NCBI GenBank assembly: GCA_900550565.1
Contig: URSG01000004.1
Coordinates: forward strand, 1-52,438
DNA length: 52,438 bases
Origin: an uncultured Rickettsiales bacterium
GTDB taxonomy: Bacteria > Pseudomonadota > Alphaproteobacteria > Rs-D84
Reading direction: 5' to 3'
Shown here: positions 30,789 to 40,478 of the stretch, in pieces
Position numbering within the stretch: the stretch's first letter is position 1
Layout: each line of letters opens with the position of its first letter
The notes under the pieces: generated by a model
Told to the model about the DNA's origin: nothing
The model's input: the letters and a program-made list of their open reading frames with translations, nothing else
Databases searched by the model: none
Program-made: the position numbers and the translations under genes

Positions 30789-31406
30789 CTATAAAAAGCA
30801 TTTTTTTAGTGTTTCGCCGGTATCATTTTGGTCAACGCGTTTGTTGCGGATTTCTTCGGCGGCCTTTATTTTTTGTTTTACTAAAATTAAATCTGGGTGC
30901 GCTTGTAATTCTGTGTTTAGTTCATCAACCGCCGCTGATATATCAGACTGTTTTCTGACAAAAATTGGTGTAATAGAATCGGCAGCGTTATAAACAGAAC
31001 GCTGTAATTCCGATTTAAAATCATCAATCACAGATAAATACGCACGAATATGACCGTCTTCGTGTGACAAAATCGCGTTGTATGAACACGATTCCGGCAC
31101 ATGGCGCATATCTATCTGAACCAGAAAATTAGTGTATCCAACCGATGCAGTGACTGATTTTATTGCGATGCAAAAACCATCTTCTATTGATGTAATATCG
31201 GCAACAATATCATAATTATCTGACAGTGTTGCAATCACATTTCCGTGTAATAAATCCATTGGTTCCAGTGGTTGAACAACCTCTTTGGTCCAGGACGGAC
31301 TGTCAATATAAACCGCTGGATTTAATTTATACGGCAAACAATCGTCGGCCCACCCAGGTGTTGCCATCACAGATAAAATTAAAATTGCAACTTTGCGGAA
31401 ATACAT
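30789..31406 (-). CDS. secreted HExxH-motif protein (DUF922-like putative Zn-peptidase)
   Basis: Signal peptide MYFRKVAILILSVMATPGWA and the motif SHEDGHIRAY. An alternative start at 31427 would overlap the end of virB4. Confidence 0.45.
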   Translation of the reverse strand: MYFRKVAILILSVMATPGWADDCLPYKLNPAVYIDSPSWTKEVVQPLEPMDLLHGNVIATLSDNYDIVADITSIEDGFCIAIKSVTASVGYTNFLVQIDMRHVPESCSYNAILSHEDGHIRAYLSVIDDFKSELQRSVYNAADSITPIFVRKQSDISAAVDELNTELQAHPDLILVKQKIKAAEEIRNKRVDQNDTGETLKKCFL

Positions 31407-31410
31407 ATCA

Positions 31411-33825
31411 TTATAAATCCCCGGCACCCTGCTTTTTCAGGTATTCTGATACAAAACTGTTTCCGTATTGTTTATATAATTCTTCGGCCAATAATACAGA
31501 TGAACGTCCCGATTCAAACAAACGCAACATATTCCCCAGGCCACCTAATTCTGTGTTTAAAATCACAGATTCGCCCGTCACCGGACGCGACAATAACAAC
31601 GCGCGTTTCAGATTTGGATATGCCTTGCCCTGGATAAATGCCATTTCCAATGGATTTAAATTCCAATGCGCATAATCTGATGCATCGGCGGCCGGATTAC
31701 GGAAAAACAGCACCGTCTGGGCCTGGCCACGAACAACGTCACCAATCCCCAATTTATCCAAAACATTTGCACGCTGGAACGAAACCATATATGCCTGGCG
31801 GTTTTTACGTCCCTCTTGCAGGCCAACAATGAAATTATCACGGAACATTTTGTTTTCCAACATTGGCGCAGTTTCGTCAATCATAATCAACGACGGATTT
31901 CCACCAGATACCGTGATGTTATTTATTCGGTGCAATATATACGAAATAACCGCGGGCGACAATGTTTCATCTTGCAAAATTTCGGTAAAGTCAAACGTGG
32001 TCAATCGTGATTGCAAATCCAACGTATCAGATGTTTCATTGAAAATATCGCCATACTGCAATGGATCAACCCACTTTTTCAACGCCGGTCGCATATTCCC
32101 AGTTGATGAAAAACAACTTTCCCATAAATTTTTTAACACCCTGTCTTTTTCCGGCAGATAATCAAAATTCACAGATACTGCGCGCGCAATTTCATCGGCA
32201 GAATTAGCGTCTGATTGTCCAGTTATAATTGAAAACCAGCGACGTAAAAACGCGCGATTTGCCGCATTATCCGGCATTTTCAGCGGATTCAAATGCGTCA
32301 AGAACGAATTGTTTACAGCATTTTTTTCCTTGCCCTGCATAGTGATATATTTACCACCAACCGACAGTGTAAATATTTCTGCACCTTTGTTGCGGTCAAA
32401 GAAAAATGCCTTTAATTTCGGGTGACGCAATGATTGCGCAATCAAGAAACTGAACAATGTTGTTTTACCGCCACCGGTTGGCCCAATCGTCAGGGTATGC
32501 GCCACCGCGGCCGGTTTATCGGATACATGAAATTGAAATTGATATGGCGTTCCCTGGGCGGTTGGAAAAACAACCAATGGCCCCGGACCCCAGTCTGAGT
32601 TTGCAACACCACGTGGCTGGGTTGACATAGGAATACTGATTGCGGCCGTACGCGACAACATCTTGAACGTGCGCGGAAATACATCAAATCCTGGGATTTG
32701 TGAAAACCACGAAACACGCGCGGCATACGTTTCACAAATCGGCGATACACCAAAAGATGCCGCGATTTTCTTGAACTCGTCAACATAGTAATTTAATTCT
32801 TCGGGTGTTTTACCAAACAATATAAACAGTGGGTAATAATTCACCAAACTTTGATTACCAGAAATGTTTTCGTCCATCGCACGATTTGCCGCCGAAATCT
32901 GTTCTGTTGTTGATACATCGTTTTCTTCGGCCGACGATTGACGTTGACGCATTGCAACCTCTATATCTGCGGCACCCATAATACGAAATGCGTTCATACA
33001 AATCATTTCTGTCTGAATCGTGGATACAGTATCAAAAAATTCTTCGTCCAGATAATCTGGCGATGCACGAAATGATATCATTGTTGCAAATGATTGTGTG
33101 CCACCACTGACATATCGCACCAACCCATCGCGCATAAATTCAACATCGTCAACCGTTGTTAAATCTGCAATTCGTCCATCACAAACAATCGGCGACGGTT
33201 TTGTTATTGGCGATAAAATCCGACCAAAGAATCGCGCCATATTATCACGATCTGCGTGACGCAATAATTTCGGACGATATGCCGCCAATATAGATTCCAG
33301 ATAATTACCATATTGATTTAATTTATCCCGTGCGCCCGTCCCAGATACAGACAAAACAATATAATAATTATTCAAAAATATGCGCAGTCCCTGGGCCTGC
33401 CATTTATTGTATATTTTTTGCAACACAGGCTGGTCAAAATCATAATTTGTATTTTCATCGGCGGCATCACGCGTCATAAAAAAACGCATTACAACATTTG
33501 GATCGCGAATCTGGTTAAATAATTGCGCACGCAAATCCAAAAATTTTTCACGTGTCAAACTATCTTGCATACTGGTTTGAACACCTGCGACGCGATACAC
33601 ACGCAACAAAGAACCATCTGATAATTCCAGTGAATCATCACTGTAAACAGTCTGAAATGGGATATACCGCGAATAACGTTTATATCCAAACTGGGGAAAA
33701 ATGCGACGCGTCAACGCAGGCATATACATCATCAGTGCAACAAATATTAAAATAACCGCCATAACCATTATCATAGTTGTGACTGGAAATCCGCTGCCTG
33801 CAAAATATTTAAAAACATCTGTCAT
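31411..33825 (-). CDS. virB4: type IV secretion system ATPase VirB4/TrbE family
   Basis: 804 aa. Walker A GPTGGGKTT, Walker B LIMIDETAPML and an N-terminal TM helix. Confidence 0.9.
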   Translation of the reverse strand: MTDVFKYFAGSGFPVTTMIMVMAVILIFVALMMYMPALTRRIFPQFGYKRYSRYIPFQTVYSDDSLELSDGSLLRVYRVAGVQTSMQDSLTREKFLDLRAQLFNQIRDPNVVMRFFMTRDAADENTNYDFDQPVLQKIYNKWQAQGLRIFLNNYYIVLSVSGTGARDKLNQYGNYLESILAAYRPKLLRHADRDNMARFFGRILSPITKPSPIVCDGRIADLTTVDDVEFMRDGLVRYVSGGTQSFATMISFRASPDYLDEEFFDTVSTIQTEMICMNAFRIMGAADIEVAMRQRQSSAEENDVSTTEQISAANRAMDENISGNQSLVNYYPLFILFGKTPEELNYYVDEFKKIAASFGVSPICETYAARVSWFSQIPGFDVFPRTFKMLSRTAAISIPMSTQPRGVANSDWGPGPLVVFPTAQGTPYQFQFHVSDKPAAVAHTLTIGPTGGGKTTLFSFLIAQSLRHPKLKAFFFDRNKGAEIFTLSVGGKYITMQGKEKNAVNNSFLTHLNPLKMPDNAANRAFLRRWFSIITGQSDANSADEIARAVSVNFDYLPEKDRVLKNLWESCFSSTGNMRPALKKWVDPLQYGDIFNETSDTLDLQSRLTTFDFTEILQDETLSPAVISYILHRINNITVSGGNPSLIMIDETAPMLENKMFRDNFIVGLQEGRKNRQAYMVSFQRANVLDKLGIGDVVRGQAQTVLFFRNPAADASDYAHWNLNPLEMAFIQGKAYPNLKRALLLSRPVTGESVILNTELGGLGNMLRLFESGRSSVLLAEELYKQYGNSFVSEYLKKQGAGDL

Positions 33826-33828
33826 TTT

Positions 33829-34125
33829 TTATGCCGCCAGTTTATTTGGTATTTTCTTTTTGAAAAGTTGTATTTGTGCCGCCAATATTTGTCCCAACTG
33901 GGGGTCACGTTTTGAAAACGCGGCCAAAATCGCATGTGTCACACACAGAACTAATAAAAACCACATTGGGCTGACCGGGTCATTACCATTAGTTATTATC
34001 AATGATAAAACAAAAATACCAATAAAAACAATGAACAACACGGCGAAATTTATCACCGCCAATGTATATGGCACGTAAAATATACGTGCAGGATTTGCCA
34101 ATGCTTTCAGTACTTGTTGTTTCAT
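33829..34125 (-). CDS. virB3: VirB3-like type IV secretion protein
   Basis: MKQQVLKALANPARIFYVPYTLAVINF plus two TM helices. It is directly upstream of virB4, with a 3-nt gap. The ORF-track start at 34185 is probably overextended. Confidence 0.6.
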   Translation of the reverse strand: MKQQVLKALANPARIFYVPYTLAVINFAVLFIVFIGIFVLSLIITNGNDPVSPMWFLLVLCVTHAILAAFSKRDPQLGQILAAQIQLFKKKIPNKLAA

Positions 34126-34166
34126 TTGGATTCTTATTCTCTGCTCTCTTGCCTGAATTATAACAA

Positions 34167-34351
34167 TTTCAACAGTTTTCAACAAGTATAAAAAGTAAAT
34201 TACTAAAATTGTTGAAATTGTGGAAAATTACTATTTTTTCAACATGTTTATATCTGTGTCTGCGAATTCAACAGAACACACAAAAATACCGAAAAACCTG
34301 GTTTTTTATGTTGAAAACTTGTTTAAAAAAAGTTTAAAAATATTATCAACA
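34167..34351. promoter_or_regulatory. array of TTTCAACA / TGTTGAAA motifs in the virB3-rpmJ divergent intergenic region
   Basis: Exact copies are at 34167, 34177 and 34237 (forward) and 34210 and 34309 (inverted). 7/8 variants are at 34219 (TGTGGAAA), 34266 (ATTCAACA) and 34344 (TATCAACA). Confidence 0.5.
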
Positions 34352-34451
34352 ATTTAAACAGGGCCTATTACAACAACAAATATATTTATACAGATGATTT
34401 TTAATCAGATTGTTTAAAACCAACAAAAATAACAAGCAATACAATAATTAT

Positions 34452-34479
34452 TTGATTTTTTACAAAAAACGTTTATAAT
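34452..34479 (+). promoter_or_regulatory. putative sigma70 promoter of rpmJ
   Basis: -35 TTGATT (34452-34457), 16-bp spacer, -10 TATAAT (34474-34479). Confidence 0.45.
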
Positions 34480-34503
34480 CACCACGCAATAAAGGATTTA
34501 GAT

Positions 34504-34638
34504 ATGAAATTTTTAAGTTCGTTAAAGGCTTGGAAGAAACGCGGCAATATTAAACAAATTCGCCGTGGTAAACAGGTTATTCTGATTGACCCAACCAATC
34601 CTAAGTTAAAGGCCAAACAGGGCTTCAAGAAAAAATAA
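34504..34638 (+). CDS. rpmJ: 50S ribosomal protein bL36
   Basis: Not in the ORF track because it is under 60 aa. MKFLSSLKAWKKRGNIKQIRRGKQVILIDPTNPKLKAKQGFKKK matches the Zn-free bL36 pattern, and SD AAGGA lies upstream. Confidence 0.85.
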   Translation: MKFLSSLKAWKKRGNIKQIRRGKQVILIDPTNPKLKAKQGFKKK

Positions 34639-34721
34639 GTCCTGGGCGTCGTTTGACGCTATGGTTATTTTATGTCCGACAAGCATACGTTTGCCGGGCG
34701 TTTTTTTGTATATTGATTATA

Positions 34722-35393
34722 TTATAAATCGTTCATAAACGCTTCGCGTAATGTGGTGTCCACTTCGGCCCCAGACAGTCCAGATGAACGTAAATATTCA
34801 ATTTGAAATCCAGTTGGTTGATATATTGACGCACTGTGGTCGGCCGATTTTGGCACAGATGAAATTCGTTGTGCCGGCATAAATTCGATTCGTGCGGTTT
34901 TATCTGCCAATGCTGAAAAAGAAATATCAGAAACAGTATCCTGGGTATTTTTTTCAATAATCGCAGTACCTGATAATTTTGATTTAGTGTTTTTGCCGGC
35001 AACTAATTTTGTCTTTACACATATTGTTGTATTTGATTCCAGATGTTCGGCGATAATATTGTATGTTAAATCGTTATTATTTTCCAATAACGCGCCACCA
35101 CGAATTTCAGAATTTTTCCCGGTGTTTTTGATAAAAATGTCAAAAAAGGCCGGGAAATTATTTTTTACACGCACAGATAAAATCACCGGTTGATTTGATA
35201 CAGACACATCAATATCCAGCCGGCATTTACCGGTAATTTCGCCAACATATATGATATGAATTGGTAATTTGTATTTTTTATCAATTTTCGTATTGGCCAG
35301 TGTTGATAATTCTGGGCAAAACACGCCATCGCGGTAAACAATCGTTTCCGCAGGCACGGTTTTTATATTGAATTCGTTCCACATGTATGACAT
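34722..35393 (-). CDS. short SufB/SufD-family (UPF0051) protein
   Basis: The C-terminal pattern DHSASIYQPTGFQIEYLRSSGLSGAEVDTTLREAF matches the SufD pattern H.A.v....l.YL.SRG....A...l..AF. It is only 223 aa, and no sufBC genes are nearby. Confidence 0.55.
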   Translation of the reverse strand: MSYMWNEFNIKTVPAETIVYRDGVFCPELSTLANTKIDKKYKLPIHIIYVGEITGKCRLDIDVSVSNQPVILSVRVKNNFPAFFDIFIKNTGKNSEIRGGALLENNNDLTYNIIAEHLESNTTICVKTKLVAGKNTKSKLSGTAIIEKNTQDTVSDISFSALADKTARIEFMPAQRISSVPKSADHSASIYQPTGFQIEYLRSSGLSGAEVDTTLREAFMNDL

Positions 35394-35420
35394 ATTAAAC
35401 GCATTATAAAGGATTTAGTT

Positions 35421-36500
35421 ATGGGATTCAATTGTGGAATTGTTGGGTTGCCAAATGTTGGTAAATCAACGTTGTTTAATGCATTGACACAATCTGCGGC
35501 GGCCGACGCGCAAAATTATCCATTTTGCACCATTGAACCGAATACCGGGCGTGTTGTTGTCCCAGACCAGACATTATTAAATCTGGCGGCGGTTGATAAC
35601 AGTGCGAAAATCATACCAACACAACTGGAAATTGTTGATATTGCCGGCCTGGTTCGTGGCGCATCAAATGGCGAAGGACTTGGAAATAAATTCTTGGGCA
35701 ATATTTTATCAACTGATGCGATAATTCACGTTGTTCGTTGCTTTGAAAATGATGATATTGTGCACGTCAACGGCCATATAGATCCACTGGACGATATTGA
35801 TACGATTGAAACAGAATTGATGTTGGCCGATATGGAAAGTATGGATAAACAGATTAAAAACCTGGAAAAAAAGGCGCATGGTCTGGATAAAAATGCAATA
35901 AAATTATTGGCTGATGCAAAGGTTATTCGTGACGGTTTGGCGGCTGGAACACCTGCGCGCAAATCAGGCACAGATGCATCGCCGTTTAATTTATTGACGG
36001 CAAAACCGGTTATTTATGTATGTAATGTTGACGAAGCATCTGCGGCAACTGGTAATAAATATTCTGACGCAGTCCGGGCAAAATATGGCGACAATGCGCC
36101 TGTTTTGGTTATTTCATCAAAAATTGAAATGGAAATTTCACAAATCATAGACCCAGATGAACGTAAAATGTTCTTGGACGACCTGGGGTTGTCGCAATCT
36201 GGTCTGGACCAGGTGATAAAGACAGGATATGAAACATTGGGTCTGCAAACATTTTATACCGTTGGCCCAAAAGAAGCGCACGCCTGGACAATTACGCGTG
36301 GTATGACCGCGCCCCAGGCCGCCGGTAAAATTCATACTGATTTTGAACGTGGTTTTATTCGTGCAGAAATTATTTCGCCGGCTGATTATATTGAATACGG
36401 TGGCGAAGTTGCCGTCAAAGAAGCCGGTAAAATGCGTCTGGTTGGCAAAGAATATATTATGCAAGAAGGTGATATTTGCCACTTTTTATTTAATAACTAA
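35421..36500 (+). CDS. ychF: ribosome-binding ATPase YchF
   Basis: GIVGLPNVGKSTLFNALT, DIAGLV and the C-terminal TGS-like end (GDICHFLFN). Confidence 0.95.
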   Translation: MGFNCGIVGLPNVGKSTLFNALTQSAAADAQNYPFCTIEPNTGRVVVPDQTLLNLAAVDNSAKIIPTQLEIVDIAGLVRGASNGEGLGNKFLGNILSTDAIIHVVRCFENDDIVHVNGHIDPLDDIDTIETELMLADMESMDKQIKNLEKKAHGLDKNAIKLLADAKVIRDGLAAGTPARKSGTDASPFNLLTAKPVIYVCNVDEASAATGNKYSDAVRAKYGDNAPVLVISSKIEMEISQIIDPDERKMFLDDLGLSQSGLDQVIKTGYETLGLQTFYTVGPKEAHAWTITRGMTAPQAAGKIHTDFERGFIRAEIISPADYIEYGGEVAVKEAGKMRLVGKEYIMQEGDICHFLFNN

Positions 36501-36506
36501 AAATAT

Positions 36507-36541
36507 AAAAAAACACCGGTAAATACCGGTGTTTTTTTTTA
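36507..36541. terminator. bidirectional rho-independent terminator between ychF and pheT
   Basis: A-run, then ACACCGGT-AAAT-ACCGGTGT, then T9. Confidence 0.8.
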
Positions 36542-36542
36542 C

Positions 36543-38846
36543 CTATTTATCACGTATTTTTGCATTACATTTTGATTCAACATTTTTAATAACTGCATTT
36601 TGCAATGCCATTAAATCTGAATCAGACATATTATCAGTTGGCAAAATAGTAATTGAAAACGCGATTGATTTATTACCATCTGGCATAGTAAATGCGTCAA
36701 ACACGGTCACATCACTGATACGTTTATCTGTGCCTGATGCCGCCGAAACGATTTTTTCGGCTGGCATAGAACAATCAACGATAAATGCAAAGTCGCGTGT
36801 GATTGGTTGAAATTCTGATATTTTCCCCTCGTGCGGTTTGCGTGCCATCGGCAGATTATCAACATTATCAACAATCGCAATCATTACATTTGTTTTGATT
36901 TTCATCGCACGTGCAATAATTGGGGATAATTCACCAAATTCAGCAATTTTCTTTTTGCCTTGGAAAATCGCGCCATAGCGGAACGGGTGCGCCCAACGTG
37001 GTGCGTTATCGGTTGATACTGTGAATTTTTGGCCGTGCATCAGTGCGATTAAATCCGCCTTGACATCATATATGTCATACGCGCGATTGCGGCCCGACCA
37101 ATGCCGTGGTGCATTTACACCTGTGCGGACAATGCAAATCTGGGTATGTTGCGCGCCGGGGGTATCGCCATCAAACACAGTCCCCAGTTCAAACATCGCC
37201 AGGTTTGGAAAGCCACGTTTTTCATTGTTTGCGACAAATTGTAATATATTTCCCAACAATGAATTTCGCACAGTATCCATATCTGTAATAATTGGATTTG
37301 CAACCATAATATGTGGCGCATCAGATATGATTTTTTCAATCTTGGAATTACCGAAACCAAATGATTTACATTCATATAAACCACGTGCCGCCAATTCAGA
37401 TTTTGTTTTGAAATAGTAATCTGTATGTGCCACTGCGTCAGCCGGGTTATGTTGCGCCACCGTGGCCAATTTATCATAACCATATATACGCAGTAATTCT
37501 GAAACCAGATTTTCAGGCAATACAACATCAACACGCGCCGTGCGTGGTGTGACAATCCATTTATCACCATTTATCGATACATTAAATCCTAATTTTTCAA
37601 ATATATCACGTTGTTCATCGGCCGATATATCAATACCTGTTTTTTTCAAGAATAAACCAGGGGTGTATTCCAGATTATTTTGCACGTCTGGTATTTTTCC
37701 AGCCATACCAACACCGGTAATTTTGCCACCACATACGTCTGTGATTATTTTTGCCGCACGTGCCAACGCAATACATGTGATTGTTGGGTCAATTCCGCGT
37801 TCATAGCGATATGACGCATCGGTTGATGTGCCGATACGCTTTGCGGATTTACGCACAGATACCGGATTAAAATATGCACTTTCCAGAATAATATTTTTTG
37901 TTTTATCAGTTGTCGCCGCACGTGCGCCACCAATAACCCCGGCCAGTGCTAAAATTCCCATATCATCAGAAATAACCATATCATTTTCTGATAATTCGTG
38001 TTCTTTACCAAACAAGTCTGTGAATTTTTCGCCGTTTTGTGCCATACGCACAACAATATCACCGTGAATTTCATCTGCGTCAAAACAATGCATTGGCTGC
38101 GCCATATCATAACAAACATAGTTTGTTGCATCAATCGCAGCATTTTTCGGATTTATACCAATTCCAGACAACCGCGACGCAATGGTTTTATTGCTGGGGA
38201 CAACGTTTATATTATTTATTTCACAAAACTGATACACAGGGCATTTATCTGTTTTAATAACAACATTGCGTGATGTTTTTTTTGCCGGTAATGTTTCGTC
38301 GTTTGGTTTGATGTATTCACCAACCCCAGCCGCCGCCAGGTCACGCGCAATACCGCGCACCGCCAGATAGTCTGGACGATTTGGTGTAATACCTGCGTCA
38401 AAAACAATCGGTGTATCCATCACAGGTGTGCCAATCACAGTATCGTTTGGTAATTCAATAATTCCACTGTTGTCATTATTGATACCCAGTTCTGCGCCAC
38501 TGCACATCATACCATTTGACATAACGCCACGTAATTTACCAGACGAAATTTCGTGACCCTGGATAACACAGCCCGGCAATGCCAGCGCAGAAATCAATCC
38601 AACACGTGCATTTGGCGCGCCACATACAACCTGGCGCAATGTGCCAGTGCCATCATCAACCTGTAATATATGCAGGTGGTCACTGTTTTCCATCGCGTCA
38701 CATTTAATAATTTTTGCCGCGATTGGCGCAACAGGAACGATTAAATCTTCTATTTCCAGTCCAATACGTGTCAGTGTATCTGATATTTCCTGTGGTGTTG
38801 CACTGGTGTTCAAATATTCTTTTAACCAATCAAATGTCCATTTCAT
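36543..38846 (-). CDS. pheT: phenylalanine--tRNA ligase beta subunit
   Basis: 767 aa. N-terminal tRNA-binding OB domain, B3/4 and B5 domains and a C-terminal FDX-ACB domain. Confidence 0.95.
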   Translation of the reverse strand: MKWTFDWLKEYLNTSATPQEISDTLTRIGLEIEDLIVPVAPIAAKIIKCDAMENSDHLHILQVDDGTGTLRQVVCGAPNARVGLISALALPGCVIQGHEISSGKLRGVMSNGMMCSGAELGINNDNSGIIELPNDTVIGTPVMDTPIVFDAGITPNRPDYLAVRGIARDLAAAGVGEYIKPNDETLPAKKTSRNVVIKTDKCPVYQFCEINNINVVPSNKTIASRLSGIGINPKNAAIDATNYVCYDMAQPMHCFDADEIHGDIVVRMAQNGEKFTDLFGKEHELSENDMVISDDMGILALAGVIGGARAATTDKTKNIILESAYFNPVSVRKSAKRIGTSTDASYRYERGIDPTITCIALARAAKIITDVCGGKITGVGMAGKIPDVQNNLEYTPGLFLKKTGIDISADEQRDIFEKLGFNVSINGDKWIVTPRTARVDVVLPENLVSELLRIYGYDKLATVAQHNPADAVAHTDYYFKTKSELAARGLYECKSFGFGNSKIEKIISDAPHIMVANPIITDMDTVRNSLLGNILQFVANNEKRGFPNLAMFELGTVFDGDTPGAQHTQICIVRTGVNAPRHWSGRNRAYDIYDVKADLIALMHGQKFTVSTDNAPRWAHPFRYGAIFQGKKKIAEFGELSPIIARAMKIKTNVMIAIVDNVDNLPMARKPHEGKISEFQPITRDFAFIVDCSMPAEKIVSAASGTDKRISDVTVFDAFTMPDGNKSIAFSITILPTDNMSDSDLMALQNAVIKNVESKCNAKIRDK

Positions 38847-38863
38847 AATTGTGCCCCTTGTGA

Positions 38864-39811
38864 TTAAATATCAGCGTTTTCTAGCCAACGAATATCGCCA
38901 TCATAAAATTGGCGGATATCATTCAGACCGTATTTCAGCATTGCCAATCGGTCCCAACCAAACCCAAACGCAAAACCCTGGTATTCATCTGGGTTTACAC
39001 CGCAATTTCGTAATACATTTGGGTGAACCATACCGGCACCCATAATTTCCAACCACTTTTTCCCCTGCCACAGCATATCAATTTCAATACTGGGTTCTGT
39101 AAATGGGAAATAAGACGGACGAATACGCAATTTTACGTCATCAATTTCAAAGAATTTTTGCAAAAACGCCTTTATATCGCCAATCAGGTCACGCATAGTT
39201 ATATTTTTATCAATATATAAACCTTCTATTTGATGGAACATCGGTGCATGTGTTGCGTCCATTTCCTTGCGATATGTTGCGCCAATACCAAATATTTTAA
39301 TTGGCACGCCCATTTTTTCCATACTGCGAATTTGAATCGCAGATGTCTGGGTTCGTAATACATTTTTGTTTTCCAGGAAAAAAGTATCCTGCATATCGCG
39401 TGCCGGGTGATATTCCGGGGTATTTAATGCGGTAAAGTTGTGCCAGTCATCTTCAATTTCGGGTCCGGTTTGCATTGTATAACCAAATGATTCCAGAATT
39501 TGCGAAACATCGGCCAACGCACGCGTCTGTGGATGCAGTCCACCACGGGATTCAGGCATTGGATTTAATGTCGCGTCCAATTTTTGTGACGCCAGTTTTT
39601 CCATTAAAACCGCCTCTTCTATTTGTGACTGGCGAATTTTGAACGCCGCACGCAGTTCTGAATTTTCAGTATTTAATGCTGCGCGTGCATCATTATCCAG
39701 GTCTTTCATTTGGCGCAGACGCAACGTCATCGTTCCGTTTTTACCAAATGTCGCGGCATATAATGCCTGTAATTCATCAAGTGTTTTAATATTTTTTATC
39801 TGTTCCAGCAT
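38864..39811 (-). CDS. pheS: phenylalanine--tRNA ligase alpha subunit
   Basis: Class II motifs (HPARDMQDTFF, FRKEMDATH, GFAFGFGWDRLAML). Confidence 0.95.
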   Translation of the reverse strand: MLEQIKNIKTLDELQALYAATFGKNGTMTLRLRQMKDLDNDARAALNTENSELRAAFKIRQSQIEEAVLMEKLASQKLDATLNPMPESRGGLHPQTRALADVSQILESFGYTMQTGPEIEDDWHNFTALNTPEYHPARDMQDTFFLENKNVLRTQTSAIQIRSMEKMGVPIKIFGIGATYRKEMDATHAPMFHQIEGLYIDKNITMRDLIGDIKAFLQKFFEIDDVKLRIRPSYFPFTEPSIEIDMLWQGKKWLEIMGAGMVHPNVLRNCGVNPDEYQGFAFGFGWDRLAMLKYGLNDIRQFYDGDIRWLENADI

Positions 39812-39826
39812 ATTTATCTACCTTCT

Positions 39827-39857
39827 AAAAAATAAAAGCCGTATATCTACGGCTTTT
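39827..39857 (-). terminator. hairpin plus T-run between rplT and pheS (terminator or attenuator)
   Basis: On the minus strand, AGCCGTA-GATA-TACGGCT followed by a T-rich run. Confidence 0.6.
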
Positions 39858-39889
39858 ATTATGACAAAACAACTACCTGCCGCCAAGGG

Positions 39890-40258
39890 TTATTTGGATT
39901 CGGCACCAATAAATCGTTTTGCAACTTCTACCAATTTGGCAAAGTTTTCGTCCCCAGCATAAGCCATTTCTGCCAAGACCTTGCGATCCAGGGCAACGCC
40001 AGCCTTTTTCAGGCCGTTCATAAACTGGCTGTATGTCAAGCCATTGCTGCGAACAGCGGCATTGATACGGACAATCCACAGACCGCGGAATTCACGCTTT
40101 TTAACGCGACGGTCACGGTATGCATACTGACCCGCCTTTTCTGTTTTTTCACGGGCGGCACGGTATGTTGTGCTGTGGCGACCCAGGTACCCTTTGGCAC
40201 GGGCCAAGATTTTATTGTGTTTTTGTTTTACGGTTGTTCCGCGTTTTACTCTTGCCAT
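39890..40258 (-). CDS. rplT: 50S ribosomal protein bL20
   Basis: [24 protein letters not shown]... Confidence 0.97.
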   Translation of the reverse strand: MARVKRGTTVKQKHNKILARAKGYLGRHSTTYRAAREKTEKAGQYAYRDRRVKKREFRGLWIVRINAAVRSNGLTYSQFMNGLKKAGVALDRKVLAEMAYAGDENFAKLVEVAKRFIGAESK

Positions 40259-40274
40259 CTTAATACCCCCTTAC

Positions 40275-40478
40275 TTATTTCAAACCATACGGGGCCAAGA
40301 TTTTCGCCTGACCTGTCATGTTATCGTTCAGATACTGTGGTTTAGAACCTGCGTTGTTTGCACGTGCAGATTTATGACGTAACAGTTTCTTGTGGGCATT
40401 ACGGGCAACACGGATTTTACCAGTTGCAGTCATTGATGCGCGCTTTTTCAAGTACGACTTTGTTTTCAGTTTTGGCAT
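40275..40478 (-). CDS. rpmI: 50S ribosomal protein bL35
   Basis: MPKLKTKSYLKKRASMTATGKIRV... The start is ATG 40478, not the ORF-track start at 40520. Confidence 0.92.
   Translation of the reverse strand: MPKLKTKSYLKKRASMTATGKIRVARNAHKKLLRHKSARANNAGSKPQYLNDNMTGQAKILAPYGLK

Noticed and set aside
34167-34351. The TTTCAACA array could be DnaA boxes or oriC
   Set aside because: The motif does not match the TTATCCACA consensus, with only TGTGGAAA coming near it. There is no dnaA or hemE context and no obvious AT-rich unwinding repeats. A regulatory role is more likely, though a replication role cannot be fully excluded.
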